64,000 nt of DNA from an uncultured delta proteobacterium (GCA_963823335.1 CAWGLD010000007.1:256001-320000); one strand, 5' to 3'. Counted from the first letter of the stretch, positions 48,381-59,471 are shown. Made by a program: numbers and translations. Notes: generated from the sequence alone by a model not told the origin.

Positions 48381-48797
48381 TTATCGACGTTCCTTTACAT
48401 AAAGCATTCTCAGTTCATACAGCATGGTTTTAAGCATATTGGCCTCGTCATCCGACAAATTCCCCTTGGTCTTTTCTTCCATCATTCCCAGTATGTCGAT
48501 GGTCTGTTTGGCCAATGGCAAATTCCTTGCCTTTTGGTTCGTCGCTGGGTCTTCGATAACACCCAGATTTACGAGGGCAGATGAATTGAGCGAGAAAATA
48601 AAGGTCGGAAAATTGATTTCCGGTAAGCGGTAGTCTTCATTGGCGGTGGCCTTTTCAAATTCCTTAGCTTTTTCTGCTGCTTTTTCTGGGCCTTCATTTT
48701 CAACGGTCTCAGTCTCTTTCGTTGTTTCATCTTCCGGGGTATCTCCGGAAAACAATCTTTTGTCCTTGACCACAAAGTCTTTTTTCTCGTCTGGCAT
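48381..48797 (-). CDS. DUF1844-like protein
   Basis: LPEINFPTFIFSL...ALVNLG...AKQTIDILGM..EKTKGNL. Confidence 0.8.
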   Translation of the reverse strand: MPDEKKDFVVKDKRLFSGDTPEDETTKETETVENEGPEKAAEKAKEFEKATANEDYRLPEINFPTFIFSLNSSALVNLGVIEDPATNQKARNLPLAKQTIDILGMMEEKTKGNLSDDEANMLKTMLYELRMLYVKERR

Positions 48798-48813
48798 TTT
48801 TTTCTCCTATAGA

Positions 48814-48975
48814 GCCCTGTGGGGGTCACGTTGCCTTCGGCTGTCATTTGCCTTTCAGGCGTCATTTACACTTCGTGTGACATTACGCCCTTCGGGCGTG
48901 ATTTATTGCCGCTTATAGCTGATAGTTTTCAGCTGTAAACAAACCTAAAACGTAACACATAAAACCTAAAACCTC
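48814..48975 (-). repeat. Third GNA mini-hairpin array (5 units) with leader and AGGTTTT heptamers
   Basis: Minus strand: aggttttaggtttt...agcggcaataaatcac gccc-gaa-gggc, acac-gaa-gtgt, gcct-gaa-aggc, agcc-gaa-ggca, cccc-aca-gggc. Confidence 0.9.
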
Positions 48976-48976
48976 A

Positions 48977-50557
48977 TCAAAACTCGAGTGGGACAATACT
49001 TTTTACCGAACCCAGGCCATTCAATACTGCCAGGGTCGTATCATCAATCCTGGTATCGGTCTGCATGAAAATGATATTGTGATCCCCGCCCTCTTCCTGG
49101 CCTACCTGCATTCTGCCGATATTGATTCCATGATCTCCCAGTGTCGTACCGATTTCACCGATGGAACCGGGACGGTCAATATTATAGATCAATGCCATAT
49201 GCCCCTGGGGTATAAGTTCGAGCCTGAAATTGTTGATCTTGATTATCCGCGGGTCCTTTTTGCCGAAAATCGTTCCCGAAACACTGTTGGCCATCTCGGT
49301 CGTCAGGACATGAACTGTCAAGAGATTGGCATAGTCTTTTGATTCGGCCGTGCTGGTTTCCGTGATCTTGATTCCCATCTCTTTGGCCAACGCCCGGGCG
49401 TTGATGAAATTCACCTCGTCAGTCACCATAGGCGTCATCAATCCTTTCATGACCGAGGTCGAGACCGGGGTCAGATCGACCTTTTGGAAATCACCGTCAT
49501 AGGCGATGGTGACCTCCTTCACGGGTCCTTTGATCAACTGCGTCTGAAGAGATCCCATCTTCTCACCTAATTCCAGAAGCGGACCTATTTTCTCCAGCAA
49601 CTCGCCTGTTACCGACGGAACATTGACGGCGTTGACAATGGTACCTGTTTTTAGAAATGCAATAATCTGTTCGGCTACCGATACAGCCACATTGGTCTGA
49701 GCTTCACGGGTGGACGCACCCAGATGAGGTGTACAAATCACCCTGTCGAGTCCAAAAAGCGGGTTTTCACCCGGTGGTTCGGTAGCAAATACATCCAGGG
49801 CGGCCCCGGCGACCTTCCCGCTGACAATGGCCGCATGCAGGTCCGACTCGTTCACGATACCACCCCGGGCGCAGTTGATGATCATGACGCCCTCTTTCAT
49901 CAGACCAAAGGATTTTTTGTCCAGAAAATTGAGGGTACTCTCCATTTTCGGAACATGAACCGAAATATAATCGGACCGCCGATACAGTTCTTCCAGCGCA
50001 ACACTTTCGAACCCCGAAGTTTCAATCTGCTCCGGTGCGATATGCGGATCGTAAACCACCACCTTCATTTTCAATCCACGTGCGCGGTCCGCAACGATAG
50101 ACCCGATCTTTCCAAACCCAATGATCCCTAAAACTTTATTGAATATTTCCCTTCCCTGCAAGCGCTTCTTCTCCCACAAACCCTCTTTCATGGTTGTCGT
50201 ACCCGTGGGGATATTTCGTGACAGTGAAAGCATCATGGCAATGGCATGCTCGGCTGTTGTAACAACATTCCCTTCCGGTGTGTTCATCACCGCGATCCCT
50301 TTTTTGGTGGCCGCGGGTATATCCACATTGTCGAGTCCGATCCCGGCTCTTCCGATAACCTGTAAGTTGGTCGCGGATTCCAACAAGTCTGCCGTCACCC
50401 TGGTCGCGCTCCGGATAACCAGTGCATGATAATCACCGATGATCTCCTTGAGGGCTTCAGGTGCTAGCCCTGTCTTGACATCAACCTCGATGCCATCAGC
50501 CTCCTGAAACATCTTGACGCCAATGTCACCCAGAACATCGCTTACCAGCACTCTCAT
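48977..50557 (-). CDS. serA: D-3-phosphoglycerate dehydrogenase (long form with ASB/ACT domains)
   Basis: IRSAT, GRAGIGLDNVD, GFGKIG, NCARGG, TPHLGAST; GGAG RBS before MRVLVSD. Confidence 0.96.
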   Translation of the reverse strand: MRVLVSDVLGDIGVKMFQEADGIEVDVKTGLAPEALKEIIGDYHALVIRSATRVTADLLESATNLQVIGRAGIGLDNVDIPAATKKGIAVMNTPEGNVVTTAEHAIAMMLSLSRNIPTGTTTMKEGLWEKKRLQGREIFNKVLGIIGFGKIGSIVADRARGLKMKVVVYDPHIAPEQIETSGFESVALEELYRRSDYISVHVPKMESTLNFLDKKSFGLMKEGVMIINCARGGIVNESDLHAAIVSGKVAGAALDVFATEPPGENPLFGLDRVICTPHLGASTREAQTNVAVSVAEQIIAFLKTGTIVNAVNVPSVTGELLEKIGPLLELGEKMGSLQTQLIKGPVKEVTIAYDGDFQKVDLTPVSTSVMKGLMTPMVTDEVNFINARALAKEMGIKITETSTAESKDYANLLTVHVLTTEMANSVSGTIFGKKDPRIIKINNFRLELIPQGHMALIYNIDRPGSIGEIGTTLGDHGINIGRMQVGQEEGGDHNIIFMQTDTRIDDTTLAVLNGLGSVKSIVPLEF

Positions 50558-50715
50558 GGTATTCTCCTTATTGAATAAATTTGCCATGCAAATTTATGTG
50601 ACGCGACTTTGTCGCTATATTCATACCTGCCATAGGAACAGGGTCTGCGGAACAGTTTTTATAGTATTCGATATTTTTTCTCAAGATTCAACTTAAATAA
50701 AACCGATATACGTTT

Positions 50716-51366
50716 TTATTTCTTGGGTGACATATGGCAGAGAATAGCCGGCATGCAGGTGTCTTCAGACCGTATTGAATACTTATTGATTTGTACATCG
50801 AAATAACGGTGCAACCTGCGCAGGATATCCAATACACTCTGGCGAACACCCGAGGCAATGATGATGCGGCCATTCGGCTTCAGGTAGATGCGGAACAGAT
50901 TCAAAAGGGGGGTGCAATCCCGTTCGTGAAACATTACCTCCGACCCGATGATGGTATCAAATCGGTCTTCGAGATCCGGTCTATGCCAATCAAGTCGACA
51001 TATTCTTATTTCCGGGCAGTGGTTGATTTCAGCATTGGCCGAGGCGAATTGAAGGGCGTTTTCATCATATTCCGTCATGGTGACATCGTGCCCGAATGAA
51101 GCGGCAACAACACCGACAACGCCGATTCCCGATCCGATTTCGAGAACTTTTTTCATTTGGGACGGCGGAGTTCTGGCAACATGTTCGGCCAGAATCCATG
51201 AGGGCTCCCAGATCTTGGCCCACAGAGGAAAACCGCATACAATATTTTCAAAATCAATGAACGGGTCGATCGTTTTGGGGACAACAAAATTGAATTGCCG
51301 ACCATGGATCTTCAGGTCTCTGCTTTCGGTGCTGTAGTTTCGGTAAAAAGAGGCAAGTGTAACCAT
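50716..51366 (-). CDS. Class I SAM-dependent methyltransferase, family-16 / METTL21-like (putative protein lysine methyltransferase)
   Basis: PLWAKIWEPS, VLEIGSGIGVVG, VTMTEY, LDW, FDTIIGSEVMF. Confidence 0.8.
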   Translation of the reverse strand: MVTLASFYRNYSTESRDLKIHGRQFNFVVPKTIDPFIDFENIVCGFPLWAKIWEPSWILAEHVARTPPSQMKKVLEIGSGIGVVGVVAASFGHDVTMTEYDENALQFASANAEINHCPEIRICRLDWHRPDLEDRFDTIIGSEVMFHERDCTPLLNLFRIYLKPNGRIIIASGVRQSVLDILRRLHRYFDVQINKYSIRSEDTCMPAILCHMSPKK

Positions 51367-51372
51367 GTTCAC

Positions 51373-51400
51373 ACTATAGCGGATCCTTCCGACCTGTCAA
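51373..51400 (-). promoter_or_regulatory. Sigma70 promoter of the methyltransferase gene, probably leaderless
   Basis: TTGACA-N16-TATAGT followed after 6 nt by ATG (51366). Confidence 0.6.
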
Positions 51401-51406
51401 GGCAAC

Positions 51407-51444
51407 AAAAAAACACCCGCGCACTGCGTGTGTGCGGGTGTTTT
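51407..51444 (-). terminator. Intrinsic terminator after dnaK
   Basis: aaaaaaacacccgcgcac...gtgtgcgggtgtttt. Confidence 0.85.
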
Positions 51445-51528
51445 AAGTATTTCATTCGAACCCCTGGGTCATCAACCCCTGGAGCCCTTCAGGGGATCGC
51501 CTTTTACTTGAGACGATCCCAAAGTAAA

Positions 51529-53451
51529 TCATTTTGGGTCCTCTTCCTTGACCTCTTCAAAATCAGCATCCACGACATCATCGTCAGCAGCACCGGAAGT
51601 CTGATCTGACCCCTGAGCACCGTCTGCGCCCTGTCCCTGGTCCTTTGAGGCCTGCTGATACATTGCCTCGGCCAGCTTATGGGAGGTCTGCGTCAATTCT
51701 TCACTCAAGCGTTTAATTTCCTCGGCATCCTCGGTTTCCATGGCCGCCTTGAGTGATGCGATGGCTGATTCCACACCCGTTTTGGTGGTATCGTCAACCT
51801 TATCTCCCATCTCCTTGATGGATTTTTCCGTGGAGTAGATCAATGCGTCGGCATGATTCCGGGCATCCACAAGGACCCGCTTCTTCTTGTCGTCTTCGGC
51901 ATGCAATTCGGCATCCTTGATAAGTTTGTCGATCTCTTCCTTGGAGAGACCGCTGGAGGCCGTGATCTGTATGGATTGCTCCTTGCCCGTAGCCTGATCT
52001 TTGGCGGAAACATTCACAATACCATTCGCATCGATATCAAAGGCCACTTCGATCTGTGGAATGCCCCGAGGTGCCGGAGGAATCCCCACCAGTTCAAATC
52101 GTCCCAGGGTTTTATTCCCCGCCGCCATTTCACGTTCACCCTGCATGACATGAATGGACACTGCCGGCTGGCTGTCAGCCGCTGTAGAAAATATTTGGCT
52201 TTTCTTGGTCGGAATCGTGGTATTCTTTTCGATAAGCCGGGTCATGACACCGCCGAGGGTTTCAATTCCCAGCGAAAGGGGGGTCACGTCCAGCAGCAGC
52301 ACATCCTTGACATCCCCTTTGAGCACACCACCTTGAATGGCAGCGCCGATGGCAACCACTTCATCAGGATTCACACCCTTGTGGGGATCCTTACCAAATA
52401 ATTTCTTTACACGATCCTGTACCGCCGGCATCCGGGTCATACCACCCACTAAAATGACCTCGTCGACTTCCTGAGCTGACAGGTTGGCATCTTTCAGAGC
52501 TGTCCGGCAGGGTCCTTCCAGCTTGTTGAGCAGATCGGCGATGAGTGCCTCCAGCTTCGCCCGGGTAATCTTGATATTGAGATGTTTGGGACCACTGGCA
52601 TCTGCCGTGATAAAGGGCAGGTTGACATCCGTTTCCAGAGATGTCGACAATTCCATTTTCGCCTTTTCCGCCGCTTCCTTGAGTCGTTGGAGCGCCATTT
52701 TGTCGTTTCGGATATCGATACCCTGATCTTTTTTGAATTCGTTGGCAAGATGGTCGATGATGCGTAAGTCAAAATCTTCACCACCCAGATGGGTATCCCC
52801 GTTGGTGGATTTCACTTCGAAGACACCTTCACCGATTTCCAGAATCGAAACGTCGAATGTGCCACCACCCAGATCAAAAACAGCGATTTTTTCTTCTTTT
52901 CGTTTGTCCAGTCCATATGCGAGGGATGCTGCCGTGGGCTCATTGATAATTCTCAAAACATTGAGACCCGCTATCTTTCCAGCGTCCTTGGTCTCCTGGC
53001 GCTGGCTGTCATTGAAGTATGCAGGGACCGTAACCACAGCATCGGTAACCGGCTCACCCAGGTACTCTTCGGCTGTTTTTTTGATGTTGGCCAGTATGTA
53101 GGATGAAACTTCCGCCGGGCTGACAAGCTTGCCCCTCAGATTGATGCGGACACCGCCGTCGCTGGACTGCTCGATTTTGTATGGAAGTATCTTCATGTCA
53201 CTCTGGATTTCGGGTGAACTAAATTTCCGCCCAATCAGCCGTTTCACGGCAAAAATCGTATTTTCAGGATTGGTAATCGCCTGACGCTTTGCAATCTGTC
53301 CCACCAACCTTTCATTGCTCTCTGAAACAGCGACAATCGATGGTGTCGTCCGGCCACCTTCCTGGTTCGTGATCACTTTGGCTTCGCCACCTTCCATCAC
53401 CGCCACACAGGAGTTGGTGGTTCCGAGATCAATACCGATTATTTTTCCCAT
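51529..53451 (-). CDS. dnaK: Chaperone DnaK (Hsp70)
   Basis: [32 protein letters not shown]-terminal DADFEEV. Confidence 0.99.
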   Translation of the reverse strand: MGKIIGIDLGTTNSCVAVMEGGEAKVITNQEGGRTTPSIVAVSESNERLVGQIAKRQAITNPENTIFAVKRLIGRKFSSPEIQSDMKILPYKIEQSSDGGVRINLRGKLVSPAEVSSYILANIKKTAEEYLGEPVTDAVVTVPAYFNDSQRQETKDAGKIAGLNVLRIINEPTAASLAYGLDKRKEEKIAVFDLGGGTFDVSILEIGEGVFEVKSTNGDTHLGGEDFDLRIIDHLANEFKKDQGIDIRNDKMALQRLKEAAEKAKMELSTSLETDVNLPFITADASGPKHLNIKITRAKLEALIADLLNKLEGPCRTALKDANLSAQEVDEVILVGGMTRMPAVQDRVKKLFGKDPHKGVNPDEVVAIGAAIQGGVLKGDVKDVLLLDVTPLSLGIETLGGVMTRLIEKNTTIPTKKSQIFSTAADSQPAVSIHVMQGEREMAAGNKTLGRFELVGIPPAPRGIPQIEVAFDIDANGIVNVSAKDQATGKEQSIQITASSGLSKEEIDKLIKDAELHAEDDKKKRVLVDARNHADALIYSTEKSIKEMGDKVDDTTKTGVESAIASLKAAMETEDAEEIKRLSEELTQTSHKLAEAMYQQASKDQGQGADGAQGSDQTSGAADDDVVDADFEEVKEEDPK

Positions 53452-53501
53452 CTTGCTCTCCTCCTTGCCTTGAATAGATTCAACCTTCTGTTTATATTTT
53501 T

Positions 53502-54113
53502 TTAATTTTTATTTTCATCATCGTTACCAGAACCCGCCGGCGACGTGGAAACAACGACCATGGCAGGTCTTAAAAGTCTGTCATGAATCATGTATCCCTT
53601 TTGAAGTTCATTGAGAACGACATTCTCGGGCTGCTCGGCCGTTTCCTGCTGCATCATGGCCTGGTGATAGCCGGGGTCAAAGGGCTCGCCGAGAGATTCG
53701 ATGGGAGAGACATGAAAGGTCTTGAATATCTTTAGAAGCTCCTTGATCGTTAAATCCAATCCCACCGATAGCTGTCCATCCTCCTTGCTTCCACTCGATG
53801 ATTCAATGGCTCTTTCAAGATTGTCCACAACACCCAGGAGTTCTTTGAGCAGCGAAGCATTGGCATACTTTCTGAAATCCGCCATCTCTTTCTGGGTTCG
53901 CTTCTTATAGTTTTCGAGTTCGGCTGAAGCCCGCAAAAAACGATCGTAGGCTTCTTTTGCTTCTGCTTCTGCTTTTTCGATCCTTTCTTCCGGCGTTAGC
54001 GGTGCAATGTCTTCGGGGGGCACATCACCGGAATCACCTTCCAAGGAGGCTTGTTTCTGAATGTCGGGATCTTCTGATTTGACGGTAACCTTGATCTTGT
54101 CGTTCTTTGTCAT
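53502..54113 (-). CDS. grpE: Nucleotide exchange factor GrpE
   Basis: [41 protein letters not shown]; alternative TTG start at 54128. Confidence 0.96.
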   Translation of the reverse strand: MTKNDKIKVTVKSEDPDIQKQASLEGDSGDVPPEDIAPLTPEERIEKAEAEAKEAYDRFLRASAELENYKKRTQKEMADFRKYANASLLKELLGVVDNLERAIESSSGSKEDGQLSVGLDLTIKELLKIFKTFHVSPIESLGEPFDPGYHQAMMQQETAEQPENVVLNELQKGYMIHDRLLRPAMVVVSTSPAGSGNDDENKN

Positions 54114-54405
54114 TCGGTATGCTTTCAATCTGTTAAATATGTAAATATTCCGTATACCTGCTTACTTTTTTCAAAACATAAGACGCTATGGTACAATGTC
54201 AAGATTGTCGAAAATTTTTAAATCCCCATGCAAAAACAAGCTGAATGCGACACAATTTTGTAGATAAACAGGAGGTTCAGAGTCTACAGGATATTCGTGC
54301 TTCGGATTTAATTCGTATTGCCTTCGGCAGAGCCTAATGTCTCTGACCTGGCCCAACAAAGGACCCGGTTTTAAATGAGGGGATATAATGACTTCTTATA
54401 TGACT

Positions 54406-54653
54406 GGTTGTGCACCCTCTGTTGTGTTATTTCAAAGCTCCCTGGCCTGTTATTGATCGAGATCGATCCACGACACAGAACCCATCACTTATCGCTGCTT
54501 CCTTCCGGACCTGACGAGGTTCGTGAGTGTCTGTTGCGTAGCGTCCGATCAAACAAAACCTGGGAATTCCAAAAATACCCTAAAGAGGGAGTTCAGCCCC
54601 GCATAAGCGGATTTCGGGACGAGGGCACCGCTAGCTCCCCGCCTAGCACAACC
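54406..54653 (-). ncRNA. ffs: Large (Alu-domain) bacterial signal recognition particle RNA
   Basis: Helix-8 core GAACCTCGTCAGGTCCGGAAGGAAGCAGCG; 5' Alu-like GTGCTAGGCGGGGAGCTAGCGGTGCCC; terminal helix GGTTGTGC/GCACAACC; ~248 nt. Confidence 0.93.
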
Positions 54654-54659
54654 GCAGAG

Positions 54660-54688
54660 AATATAAACACGACCAACCGGTTTATCAA
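54660..54688 (-). promoter_or_regulatory. Putative sigma70 promoter of SRP RNA
   Basis: TTGATA-N17-TATATT, 6 nt before the terminal helix. Confidence 0.6.
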
Positions 54689-54750
54689 GGAATAAAATCG
54701 TTCCACGATTTTATTTGAAACCAGGCCCTGGCTGATATATTGTCTGAAGT

Positions 54751-56199
54751 ATGAAACAACATCCCCTGATTCAATCGGTTGAAAAAACCCTTCTTGAATT
54801 CAGAATGCTGCAATCGAGAGACAAGGTGCTCGTGGCTGTTTCCGGGGGCCCGGATTCAGTCGCCCTGCTGCATGTTCTGCTGGCCCTCCAGACAAAATTT
54901 GATATCCAGATAGGGGTGGGCCATCTAGATCACGGTTTACGGTCATCAGCGGCCGTCAGGGATGCTGCCTTCGTGACATCACTGTGCAATAAACTGGGTC
55001 TGCCGTCACATGTGGCAGCAGCAGATATCCAGGGTCTTCATCAGCAGCAAAAGGGCTCTCTCGAAGCATTGGGGAGAAAAGCACGCTATAATTTTTTCAG
55101 CCGTATCGCTCGAAAATTCAACTACAACAAAATAGCCCTGGGACACCATGCCGACGACAATGCCGAACTTGTTCTCATGAACCTGCTCAGAGGCAGTGGA
55201 CGGCTGGGGCTTTCCGGGATACCCCCGGTCCGAAACAATCGATATATTCGTCCGTTGATTGAACAGCCACGGGAAGATATCATGAAATTTCTTGAGGATA
55301 CCCAGGTGCTCTTTGTTCTGGACGCCACCAACAATGATTTAAGATTCCTGAGAAACCGGATCCGGCACGAATTGATACCCGGGTTAATGCATCGCTATAA
55401 CCCCAATATAGTGGATACGCTGAACCGGACCGCTGCCATTTTCAGGGCTGAAGAGGACTGGTTGAACCAATATTCAGGCCGGATTTTCAGCACCCTGGCA
55501 GAGGGTGACACCACCTCCGTTCGACTGCCTGTTTCAAAGCTTCTGAAAAACCATGGGGCAATTCAGCGCCGCACGATCCGAACAGCCATCGGGTATATCA
55601 AGGGCGATCTCAAAAGCGTCACGCTTCAGCATATCGAGGCCGTGTTGCGTCTCTGTCGGGAAGGATCTTCCGGCCAACGGTTGTGTCTACCCGGCGAGCT
55701 GACTGTGCAGAGACTGTCTGAGGGCTATCTACGAATTTACAGGCTCCCATCACTGCCTTCATCCCGGTCACGTTCACATACCGGGACGATACCTCTCTAT
55801 AGGGTTCCGCTTCCACATCCCCATGACGGCACCCGGACCGTGATGATCAAAGAAATAGGAACAACCCTTGTGCTGGATTCCATACCGGTTAACTCCATCA
55901 ACAGCCTGACTTCTGCTGGACAAAACACCGCTTTCTTTGATATGGACAAACTCACTTTCCCCATGCTGCTAAGGAACACGCTTCCAGGGGATAGATTTAT
56001 GCCACTGGGAATGCGGGGCACTCAAAAGCTGAAAGATTTCTTCATCAACAACAAAGTACCCAGGGAAATTCGCCGAAAGACGCCCGTGCTTGTCAGTGGA
56101 AACGCGATTGCCTGGATTGTGGGTCATCGAATCGACGAGCGGGTAAAGATAACCCAACAGACCAGAAATGTTCTTAAAGTTGAACTTTTTCTTGCCTAA
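54751..56199 (+). CDS. tilS: tRNA(Ile)-lysidine synthetase
   Basis: AVSGGPDS, HLDHGLR, GHHADDNAE, RPL, RNRIRH, C-terminal GDRF..LG..KLKDFF. Confidence 0.96.
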   Translation: MKQHPLIQSVEKTLLEFRMLQSRDKVLVAVSGGPDSVALLHVLLALQTKFDIQIGVGHLDHGLRSSAAVRDAAFVTSLCNKLGLPSHVAAADIQGLHQQQKGSLEALGRKARYNFFSRIARKFNYNKIALGHHADDNAELVLMNLLRGSGRLGLSGIPPVRNNRYIRPLIEQPREDIMKFLEDTQVLFVLDATNNDLRFLRNRIRHELIPGLMHRYNPNIVDTLNRTAAIFRAEEDWLNQYSGRIFSTLAEGDTTSVRLPVSKLLKNHGAIQRRTIRTAIGYIKGDLKSVTLQHIEAVLRLCREGSSGQRLCLPGELTVQRLSEGYLRIYRLPSLPSSRSRSHTGTIPLYRVPLPHPHDGTRTVMIKEIGTTLVLDSIPVNSINSLTSAGQNTAFFDMDKLTFPMLLRNTLPGDRFMPLGMRGTQKLKDFFINNKVPREIRRKTPVLVSGNAIAWIVGHRIDERVKITQQTRNVLKVELFLA

Positions 56200-56384
56200 T
56201 CAGGAAAAATGTTTACTGTTACAACGGGATGTGGGGCAGGGTAACCGGCATCAAAGGCGCAACCCGGACCCCCCAAATTCCCTTTTTTCCCGGACGGACT
56301 GTTTCGACGCTTGGAAATGCTTAACTGTTTGCAAAGAATCTGGGATTTCATTCTCCCTTAACTCATCGCTGGAGGACATGTCAT

Positions 56385-58250
56385 TTGAACCCGTTTTATA
56401 AGAATCTTTCACTTTGGCTCGTCATCACACTGATGATGATAATGCTATACAACCTATTCAACCAGCAGAACCAGCCCGAGACCAATATCAGCTATACGAG
56501 TTTTCTCTCCATGGTCGAGAATGAACAAATCGCCGAAGTCGTCATTCAGGGTCAGGAACTCATCGTCACGGATACGGGAAGAAATCGTTTCAAGATATTT
56601 GCTCCCCAGGATCCAGACATGATTTCCTTTCTGAGGTCCAAGGGTGTGGCCATCAATGCCAAACCACCTGCTGAATCCCCCTGGTACATGTCTGTTCTTA
56701 TCTCCTGGTTTCCCATGATTCTTCTCATCGGCGTCTGGATCTTTTTTATGCGCCAGATGCAGGCCGGCGGTGGCAAAGCCATGTCTTTTGGGAAAAGCCG
56801 GGCAAGGCTGCAATCCGACCAGCAGGAAAAAGTAACCTTCGAAGACGTGGCCGGTATTGATGAAGCCAAAGAGGAACTGGGTGAAATTGTCGAATTTCTC
56901 CGGGAGCCCAAGAAATTCACCCGGTTGGGTGGACGGATCCCCAAGGGGGTTTTACTCATGGGGCAGCCTGGTACCGGTAAAACCCTTCTCGCGAGAGCTA
57001 TTGCCGGAGAGGCCGGTGTTCCCTTCTACAGTATCAGTGGATCAGATTTTGTGGAAATGTTTGTGGGTGTGGGTGCTTCGCGCGTGAGGGATCTGTTTGT
57101 ACAAGGCAAAAAGAATGCCCCGTGTATCATTTTTATCGACGAAATAGACGCAGTGGGACGACACAGGGGTGCCGGTCTGGGGGGAGGTCACGATGAAAGG
57201 GAACAAACCCTCAACCAACTCCTGGTTGAAATGGATGGTTTTGAATCCAATGAGGGCGTCATCCTGATATCGGCCACCAACAGACCCGATGTTCTTGATC
57301 CGGCGCTGCTGCGGCCTGGCAGGTTCGACCGCCAGGTGGTGGTACCATTGCCTGACATCAGAGGCAGGCAAAAGATCCTGGAAGTCCACATGAAAAGAAC
57401 ACCTGTTGCCGCAGATGTGAACGTCACCACGCTGGCCAAGGGAACGCCCGGTTTTTCAGGGGCAGATCTTGAAAATCTGGTCAACGAAGCCGCCCTGGTT
57501 GCCGCCAAACGGAACAAGGAAAAACTCGACATGACCGACTTCGAAGACTCCAAAGACAAAATCTACATGGGTCTGGAAAGAAAATCAAAGGTCATCAAGG
57601 AGGAAGATCGCAAGACAACCGCTTACCACGAGGGGGGACATGCACTGGTGGCTCGCTTTCTTCCCTACACGGACGCGGTCAACAAAATCACCATCATACC
57701 CAGGGGTCGGGCGGCGGGTGTTACCTGGTTCCTCCCCGAAGAGCGGGACTTCAAGTATAAAGACCAGCTGCAAAGCGAACTTGCGGTCGCTTTTGGCGGT
57801 CGTGTTGCCGAAGATATCATTTTTAAACGGATCAGTACGGGTGCCTCGAACGACATAAAGCAGGCCACGGACCTGGCCCAAAAAATGGTTCGGGTTTGGG
57901 GCATGAGTGAAAAACTGGGGCCTCTTTCCTATTCCAAAGAAGAAGAACAGATCTTTTTGGGCAGGGAAATCTCTCAGCACAGAGACTATTCCGAAGACAC
58001 CGCCAAAAAGATAGATGATGAGATCAACCAGCTCATCGGTGACGCCTATGAAAAAGCCGCGGCAGTCCTGAAAGAGAACATCGATATTCTGCATAAACTA
58101 GCGGAAAGTCTCCTTGAAAAAGAAACCGTCATGGGGGCTGAGCTGGATGAGCTTATCAACACCATGAGACCCGGCATTGAACTGCCATCAGTGGCTACGG
58201 CAGAAAAAACAGAAAGTGACGAAGCCTCCCCGGAAACCAGTGAACAATGA
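56385..58250 (+). CDS. ftsH: ATP-dependent zinc metalloprotease FtsH
   Basis: Two TMs, [32 protein letters not shown] start with GGAGG. Confidence 0.98.
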   Translation: MNPFYKNLSLWLVITLMMIMLYNLFNQQNQPETNISYTSFLSMVENEQIAEVVIQGQELIVTDTGRNRFKIFAPQDPDMISFLRSKGVAINAKPPAESPWYMSVLISWFPMILLIGVWIFFMRQMQAGGGKAMSFGKSRARLQSDQQEKVTFEDVAGIDEAKEELGEIVEFLREPKKFTRLGGRIPKGVLLMGQPGTGKTLLARAIAGEAGVPFYSISGSDFVEMFVGVGASRVRDLFVQGKKNAPCIIFIDEIDAVGRHRGAGLGGGHDEREQTLNQLLVEMDGFESNEGVILISATNRPDVLDPALLRPGRFDRQVVVPLPDIRGRQKILEVHMKRTPVAADVNVTTLAKGTPGFSGADLENLVNEAALVAAKRNKEKLDMTDFEDSKDKIYMGLERKSKVIKEEDRKTTAYHEGGHALVARFLPYTDAVNKITIIPRGRAAGVTWFLPEERDFKYKDQLQSELAVAFGGRVAEDIIFKRISTGASNDIKQATDLAQKMVRVWGMSEKLGPLSYSKEEEQIFLGREISQHRDYSEDTAKKIDDEINQLIGDAYEKAAAVLKENIDILHKLAESLLEKETVMGAELDELINTMRPGIELPSVATAEKTESDEASPETSEQ

Positions 58251-58308
58251 TGGACAGCGTCTTTATTGAACATCCCTCGTCTACAGGGCGAAGGGTTCTA
58301 TTATGAGT

Positions 58309-58367
58309 TATAGGGGTTGTCAGAAAAACGTTCCGATTGAGGACCTTTTTTCTGCTACAACCCCTTA
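58309..58367. repeat. Short inverted repeat (IS-end-like mini element or terminator)
   Basis: taggggttgtcagaaaaa ... tttttctgctacaacccctta. Confidence 0.55.
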
Positions 58368-58410
58368 TGCCGCCATCCTATTTTCGGAATATTATTATGA
58401 CAAGCGGTAT

Positions 58411-58484
58411 AAACCACAACAGCGAGCGCATTCCCCGTGGGTTCTGCCTGCGGCAGTGCTTCACATGCTGCGAGACTCTTCAAT
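58411..58484. repeat. Interspersed palindromic element, copy 2, with an inserted hairpin cassette
   Basis: acagcgagcgcattccccgt-[ggttctgcctgcggcagtgcttcaca]-tgctgcgagactcttcaat. Confidence 0.75.
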
Positions 58485-58519
58485 AAAATCAGAATCATAT
58501 ATCGGGAATTGAAGCACGT

Positions 58520-59395
58520 ATGGCATCATTCGATCTGACATGGGGGGAACATCGATTGACATTCGGCACTCGCCCCCTCATCATGGGCATACTCAATGTC
58601 ACCCCGGATTCTTTCTCAGACGGCGGTCGTTTTTTTTCCACCCGAGATGCCGTTGCCCAGGCAGAAAAGATGGTCCGGGAAGGTGCCGATATCATCGATA
58701 TCGGCGGTGAGTCAACCCGGCCGTTTTCCGAGGCTGTTTCCGAAGCGGAAGAAGTCAGACGTGTTATCCCGGTTATCGAAGCCCTGGCAGATCGTGTCAA
58801 AATTCCCATTTCAATAGATACGAGCAAAGCGGCAGTTGCCAGACAGGCGTTGAATGTCGGCGCGTCCATGATCAATGACATCAGCGCTCTTCGGGCAGAC
58901 CCGGCCTTGGCCGGAGTGGCCGCAGATAGCGGCGTACCCGTTATCCTGATGCATATGAAGGGCACGCCCGGAGACATGCAGGCTTCACCCAGATATGACG
59001 ATCTGTTCGGTGAAATAGACGCGTTTCTGAAACAGGCTGTCGCCACGGCCGAACAAAAAGGGATTCAACGCTCCAAGATCATCGTCGACCCCGGTATCGG
59101 TTTTGGTAAAACCGTTCTGCACAACCTCCTCCTGCTGAAACATCTTTCCAGGTTCAAAACCATGGAATTACCTGTATTGATCGGGCCTTCCAGGAAGGCT
59201 TTTGTGCGAAAACTTCTGAAACCGGACCACCTGGCGGATATCGACCCACAGCAGCCCATGGTGGAAATCGGCACGCAAGCAACGGTTGCCATCGCTGCAT
59301 TGAACGGGGCTGATATCCTTCGCGTACACAATGTCGCCGGCACGCTTGCCACGTTGAAAATTGTGGCCGCCATACAGACGGCCGGGCCGGACTGA
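58520..59395 (+). CDS. folP: Dihydropteroate synthase
   Basis: MGILNVTPDSFSDGG, DIGGESTRP, ISIDT, DPGIGFGK, SRK, RVH. Confidence 0.97.
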   Translation: MASFDLTWGEHRLTFGTRPLIMGILNVTPDSFSDGGRFFSTRDAVAQAEKMVREGADIIDIGGESTRPFSEAVSEAEEVRRVIPVIEALADRVKIPISIDTSKAAVARQALNVGASMINDISALRADPALAGVAADSGVPVILMHMKGTPGDMQASPRYDDLFGEIDAFLKQAVATAEQKGIQRSKIIVDPGIGFGKTVLHNLLLLKHLSRFKTMELPVLIGPSRKAFVRKLLKPDHLADIDPQQPMVEIGTQATVAIAALNGADILRVHNVAGTLATLKIVAAIQTAGPD

Positions 59396-59429
59396 GCCGT
59401 TGCGCATCCAAAATGCATTTGGAATCGCC

Positions 59430-59470
59430 TTAAGCTGTAAGCAATAAGCGATCAACCGCTTACAGCTTAA
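59430..59470. repeat. Inverted heptamer microrepeat element
   Basis: ttaagctgtaagcaataagcg...ccgcttacagcttaa; perfect 13-bp outer arms. Confidence 0.85.
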
Positions 59471-59471
59471 G

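Noticed and set aside
51455-51500. Degenerate CCCCTGG octamer-like repeats after dnaK
   Set aside because: Resembles the octamer family but is too decayed to delimit.
54114-54400. CIRCE/hrcA control of grpE-dnaK, and a hairpin region at ~54270-54350
   Set aside because: No TTAGCACTC-N9-GAGTGCTAA seen. A CTTGAC..CTTATGT heat-shock-like promoter and one tgcc-ttc-ggca hairpin are present but too weak to call.
56200-56384. Possible riboswitch in the ftsH leader
   Set aside because: G/C-rich pairing is possible, but no recognisable aptamer consensus was found.
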